A stretch of DNA of 64,000 nucleotides from Octopus vulgaris. Taxonomy: Eukaryota. Position 1 is the first letter of the stretch. Every line of letters begins with the position of its first letter. A model generated the notes under the pieces. That model saw nothing but the letters and a program-made list of their open reading frames with translations. It searched no databases and was not told the origin of the DNA. The stretch spans positions 24,304,001 through 24,368,000 of the forward strand of contig OX597828.1 in assembly GCA_951406725.2 (NCBI GenBank), written 5' to 3'. The position numbers were made by a program, and so were the translations under genes. This document shows, in pieces, positions 58,171-64,000 of this stretch.

Positions 58171-58908
58171 ATTTTTTTAATATATATACCCCATGGATAA
58201 CAGTGTTTCGAAGGGCTCACCAACGAATGCTTAGATTCTTCCTACTGTGTCAAGTGTGAGTGCACAAATTTCGCATTCAAAACAAAGGAGATCGAACCCT
58301 CCAGAGTGTTGCACAGTTTTGGTTTCGTAACAAAAAATATTGAACTGCGTATGACCGTCAGATCCGTCGATGTAGATGAAGCCAATCTGAATCTTGTTTC
58401 TATCTCTATTAGCGAGATTCATCCTTGTTTAAGGGTGATGCAAAATATCTAATGTTGTGCCCTTTTTAACGATTTTGTTCTGCCAACATGAATTTGATTG
58501 CTGCAATCTGGTTGGGTTTATTAATATGAATTTTCTACATACACGACTTATAGACTCATGGCTTGTGCAATCATGGGCTGATATGCCCAGAAATTGCATA
58601 CCTAAGAGAAAATTTATATATTTAATAAAAGAAGCTCTAATATAAATATTATTAACTACATATACTCAATGTATATCCATTGTGCATTTTCCAGTGCCTT
58701 CAACCCAAGCGAGTAAGTGGTATTGACAAGCCACAAAAGTTGTGAAACACACGGTGTCCATCATTCCCAAATGGGATTCAAGGTGAGTTATCTTGCCTGT
58801 CCATGTCTGAGGTGTTTTACACCCAACGGTTTGGGATTATTTGAGAGTTATTGCAGGCACCAGAAAATACACAAAGCATAAACATTAGGCATATCTTGTT
58901 AATACTAC

Positions 58909-58995
<87 letters not shown>

Positions 58996-59075
58996 TAATA
59001 ACAATAATAATAGTAATAGTAATAATAATATTAATAATAATAATAATAATGATAATAATAACAATAATAATAGTA

Positions 59076-59158
<83 letters not shown>

Positions 59159-59270
59159 CTGCACAATAGGGGTAGCTTATCCGGTTCAGGCTATATTATT
59201 ATCATTAATCCTGCATTTGAGAATTTTAAAAAATAACTTCTTTAATAATAATAAGATATATATTCACACA

Positions 59271-60247
59271 CAGGGTGTGAAGGGTAAATTATCACCATTT
59301 TATATTTTAATTTCGTGCATGTGCATTGTTTGATTTACAGTATAGTATGGTCACTTGGGCACCGTCTGTAAGAAAAACAGCACCATGACGCAATTCACTC
59401 TGCCAGAAATTTGGAAACGACATGCTGTATTACTTGGCATTGGAGACTGAAGCTCCAATACGAACATTTCAGAGTGTTATGGGTGTCAATCTGAGAACAT
59501 TGCAGAGGATTCGGAAAGAGTTGGATAAGTCTAATGATGATTACGAAGGTACAGCAGTTCGGGAAATTCACTCTAATCGTTCTGATAAGAAAAAAAACTC
59601 CAGAATTTGTTTGTGAGATTGACAACGATCCTTCCAAATCATTGAAGGCCATCGCTAGGGACATGGGAGTGTCCGAGTTTCTTATCAGACAGGTAGTGTA
59701 TGAAGACAATTAGTATTCCTCACAGAAGATGAGAAAGAGCCAATTTTTATTCGAAGCCGTCAAGGACAAGAGGAAATACCGCGCTACGAAGCTTTTTAAC
59801 AAACTCAAGTATCTCCTACAACCGGATTCTGTACCATGCTACACAAGCAGGATAGCCCAGTGATGGCTGTCAGACAATTTATACGACCACATCACTACTA
59901 ACATCTGGCTACCGAACTCCCCATACTGCAACCCCCTTTATTATTATGTGTGGTGCACAGTTGAGCGAGAAACCACCAAAACTCACTGTAATACCAAAGA
60001 TGAACTGAAGGAGAGGATTTTGGTAGCATTCACCATCTTAAACAAGGAGACCATCCAGAAGAGTTGAGGAGATTCCGAAGTCGTCTGGAAGCCGTGAATT
60101 GAAGCCAATGGCAGTTTTATTGAATAAATTTACTCTTTAGTATTTCAAGATATTTTTATGTAATTTTGGTAAATATATCTATTAAAATGAAATGTCAATG
60201 TAATTTTCATTTTTGCGTAATTTAGACAATGTATTCACCGCAAGCAG
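59271..60247 (+). mobile_element. Decayed maT/DD37D-like transposon, second copy
   Basis: CAGGGTGTGAAGGGTAAATT start; remnant WLPNSPYCNPLYYYVWCTVERET; internal deletion and stops. Confidence 0.78.
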
Positions 60248-60249
60248 TA

Positions 60250-60377
<128 letters not shown>

Positions 60378-60386
60378 TGTATAATA

Positions 60387-60428
<42 letters not shown>

Positions 60429-61569
60429 CATATATATATATATACATACATGCGTACATACTTACATACATACATAATACATGCATACATACATACATGC
60501 ATACATACATACATACATACATACATACATACATACATACACACTGACATATATGCACATGCACAAAGTGTGTACATATACGTACGTTCACAATGTTACA
60601 TACACCAATACAGTGAACTCTCAACCCTCGTTACATCGTATAACGGACGAAATCTGATTTAAGCGAGTGACTGTCAATATTCACTTCTCCTATCTTTGAA
60701 TTTCATTTCTGTACGGGTGAATATCGAGAATGGGCGACAATTTTCCATCCATCAGCCCAAACTTTTTTAATTCGTCTCGAATATTAAACTCACTTAGAAA
60801 TCAAATTATGCATCCTAAGGGAAAATAAAGTTTCCTGTCTCCTGTTATGCAATATTGTGGGTGGCAGCTCTTCTGTGATAAAGCTCATTCTGTCATATGT
60901 TATAGACATATGTGAAAATAATGCAAGAGTTACAGAAATAGAGACCGAAGGCAAGTGCCGTTTCACCAGTACAAAAGCTGTTTATGACTAGCTACTCTGT
61001 TATTCATTAAATATACATAATTTCTTTCTAGCTCGAACAGACAGACCTCTTAATCATTCTAATATTCGAATACATTCACCCCTCTCACACTTCTTTCTAA
61101 TTTCAGCCTCTTACTTTTATAGTATCTATTCTTGTGCGACTTCTTCATTCTGATTCACTTTCACACTTTCATCGAATAAACACTACGCTTTGGTGGTCCG
61201 AAGTTTAATAGAGAAATTCGATGAAAATAGATCGACTGAAGTGAGGTTCTTTATAATAATTGTTTTTGCAGTATTAAGATATAACGTCGCCATAAATTGT
61301 TTTAAATATAATAATTAGTAAGAAACAAGATTAAGTGCGGTCGATATATACAAGTATTTGTACGTTTACTTTTGGCTAATATTTTTGCCAGACGAATAGG
61401 TTTAGCAAAAGCAGTATAGCGCACATTTTCTATTGCTTTGTAATTTTTTTTTTTTTTGTCATTTCAGTGACCAAATATTCTTCTATTTTGTATTTGATCT
61501 CGGAAAAGTTAGTATGATGACGTGACCAGCACCGTCTGCCATGTTTCCGTTCAGCCTCCGAGTTTCACA

Positions 61570-62205
61570 GTGGAGCGTGGATAAATGCGGTGCCATCAAT
61601 CGCAACTCGCACTCAGCTTGATATCGACTGTTTGCGCGTCGGCGTTTCCCTGAGGCTTGGCCTCCACATCTGTGAGCCTCATGGACGCCTCTACGGATCC
61701 ACTGTGGGTTATTTTGGCTTCCACCCACAATCATTCCGTCATAGTGCTGGCCAACTTACAAGCCATGCCACCCTTAAAAGGAATATAAAACATAGCCTAG
61801 ATATCAGTAGCTTCTCTTCCCAGCTCGAACCAGCTGAGCTAGATAGAGAGGCCGGTAAAATACCTAACAATATGACAATTTTCCCGTTACGTGACGGCTC
61901 GCCCGTCATCTTGGATGCCACATGCTGTGACACTTTCTCCAGTGGCAACTTGGTGTTGTCAGTTACCATCTCAGGCACTGCTGCTCGTCTTTAAGTTATC
62001 AGTTGCTCTCTGACATCTTTAGAGTTGAGCCTATGACAGTCGAGATCTGCAGTGTTTTCGGCTCCCGGACCATATCTCTGCTCACTGTTATCAGGGCAGA
62101 GATGGGTATCCGAAAGTGCGAGCTCCGTGAGTCAGAGTTGCTGTTTCAGTGCATCACTCTCATTATTATCCTCCCACCCCGGGACGACGCCTTTTCCGTT
62201 TTGCC
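61570..62205 (+). mobile_element. CRE-like non-LTR retrotransposon endonuclease-region relic
   Basis: RVGVSLRLGLHIC, EPAELDREAGKIP..MTIFP..G..VILDATCCDTF resemble EPxxL..GKRPD..WDxT of CRE-clade restriction-like endonucleases. Confidence 0.6.
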
Positions 62206-62269
62206 TGCCGGGATAATGAGGAGGTCTGAATTACAAGAAATAGTTAATGTAATGTTACTCCATATAATA

Positions 62270-63455
62270 TTGCGTCATCCCATAAATAATGCAGTCTTTT
62301 CATTTGCATGAAAAGGAGGGGGACGGGATAAAAGCAGGTAGAAATTTTACCTTGTGTTTATTTTTAGTGGAAGTTTTGAAGAGTGTAGTTCGATTTTAAC
62401 AGTTATTTTTTCAATGCTATAATGGAAGTGACAGAGGAGCATATTCGGCATATTTTGCTTTATGAGTTCAATAAAGGCAACAACTCAACGGAAAGTGCGA
62501 GAAATATTAATGCAGTATATGGAGATTGGACAATAAGCGTAAGCCAGTGTCAACGGTGATTCCAGAAATTGATGGCCGGAAACTACAGCCTAGAAGACGA
62601 GCCTCGTCCTGGAAGATTTGCAGAGCTCGACGAGGAAATTCTGCAAAACCTGGTGGAACAAAATCCCATCGTAACTATTGAGGAACTAGCAGAGAAGCTT
62701 GGATTTAGTCATTCAACCATTCATCGACAACTGCGTGCCATCGGAGAAGTCAGCAAATTGAGTCACAAACTTTCCGAGTCTAATCGCGCGCAGAGAATGA
62801 ATGTGTGCTCTTCTTAGCTGTCATGTCTCACAGATGAAACTTTTTTTCCACCGAATAGTGACTGTTGATGCGAAATGGCTTCTCACTAAAAATGTCAAGC
62901 GCCGAAGACAGTGGGTAGAGAAAGGAGAAACACGGATACCCAAGGTTAAAGATCTTCACCCACGTAAGGGGTTATTATCTTTTTGGTAGGATATGAAAGT
63001 TTTAGTCCACTTTGAGCTTTTAAACCAATACCAAATGATAACAAAGGAGATCTCCTGTGAGGGGCTTGAGTGGTTTAAGTCAGCGCTAGAAGAAAAATTA
63101 CCATCTGTCATTTCAAGATAATCAGGATAATGCTCGGCCACATACAGCGAGGATGAGATTCCAAAGGCTGGAGCAGTTTGAATGGGAAATGATACCCCAT
63201 CCAGCATATGCGCTGGACATCGCCCCATCTGATTATCATTTATTCTGCATTCTTCAAAATTATTTGGACGGAAAAAATATGAATTCTGTAGACGAGGCCT
63301 GAATAGTACTGGAGAATTATTTTTCGTCACAGACAAATGAATTTTGGAAGAGGGGCCTTGCATGTCTACCAGATAGATGAAAGGGCATTGTAAAAAATGA
63401 AGGAGAGTATATTTTAGATTAAAAAAAGAACTTTGTTTATCTTAATTTTGAAGAA
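62270..63455 (+). mobile_element. Mariner (DD34D) element; transposase pseudogene 62422-63422
   Basis: MEVTEEHIRHILLYEF..LEDEPRPGR..RIVTVDAKW..QDNARPH..HPAYALDIAPSDYHLF..GEYILD*; stops and frameshifts; right TIR not seen. Confidence 0.9.
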
Positions 63456-64000
63456 GGATAAAACGATGATCCTACATGTTACTACAGCATGAAAAGTGCT
63501 AAATAAAGATGTTGAATAGTTTCTTTTTAAACATGCATTGTTAACAACCTCTACCTTTTTTTCATTTTGTATTTCATGTCAAGGATTCAGATAAGGGAAA
63601 TAGTCGAAAGAAACACGTGTCTGTATCTGTAAACCAGTAATGTATTTTCAACCTTTCTAATTAGGAGGGAAAACCAGTACATCTAATCAACAGATAGTCG
63701 AGAACTTGTCGGCAACGATTGTAAAATAATATGCTGTTAGCGGGATCTGTGGGAATTCCATGAAATGGAAAAAATTAAGAGGACCAAATTAGTCTCATGG
63801 CATTCGTACTTTAGCTTTCTTTAAATATTATTGTCTTTCGTCTACATTCGTTTCCTCGCGTCTCTTTCGGTGCTGTGCTTTTCCTCTTTTTATTATATGT
63901 TCTCGCTGTTCCTCTCTGATCTGCGCCCTAAATCTGCGCGTCCTTTCTGGGAGAGCTTGCAACAGTGTTTCCTGTAAATCCAGAGTTTAGGCTAAATTAA

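Noticed and set aside
61440-61515. Possible + strand mini-exon (polypyrimidine-CAG ... GTTAGT)
   Set aside because: No coding signal or partner exons; such signals arise by chance in AT-rich DNA
62422-63422. Functional or domesticated SETMAR-like gene
   Set aside because: In-frame stops, frameshifts and deletions; no SET domain

Overview
AT-rich, microsatellite-saturated animal genomic DNA. The tRNA-derived SINE families point to an octopus/coleoid cephalopod (inference, no database search run). One clear host coding exon is present: a C2CD4-like C2-domain protein on the minus strand, 49615->47867, ending at a GTGAGT donor. The rest is repeats: three SINE groups, Helitrons, mariner/maT/hAT/pogo relics and MITEs, LINE fragments (R4/Dong in (TAA)n, CR1/L2-like, RTE, CRE-like) and a Ty3/gypsy relic. 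Nearly all other listed ORFs are microsatellite read-throughs. The most notable signal is several families of short non-coding elements, usually in (TA)n, that carry hammerhead ribozyme (HHR) motifs, probably Penelope pLTR- or retrozyme-derived. One family has the three hammerhead strands in a non-circularly permuted, pseudoknotted order, with compensatory changes between copies (29373-29428 +, 15410-15470 -). Another has an intact U3-A8 core variant inside a 129-bp foldback. Repeat boundaries were read by eye and are approximate.
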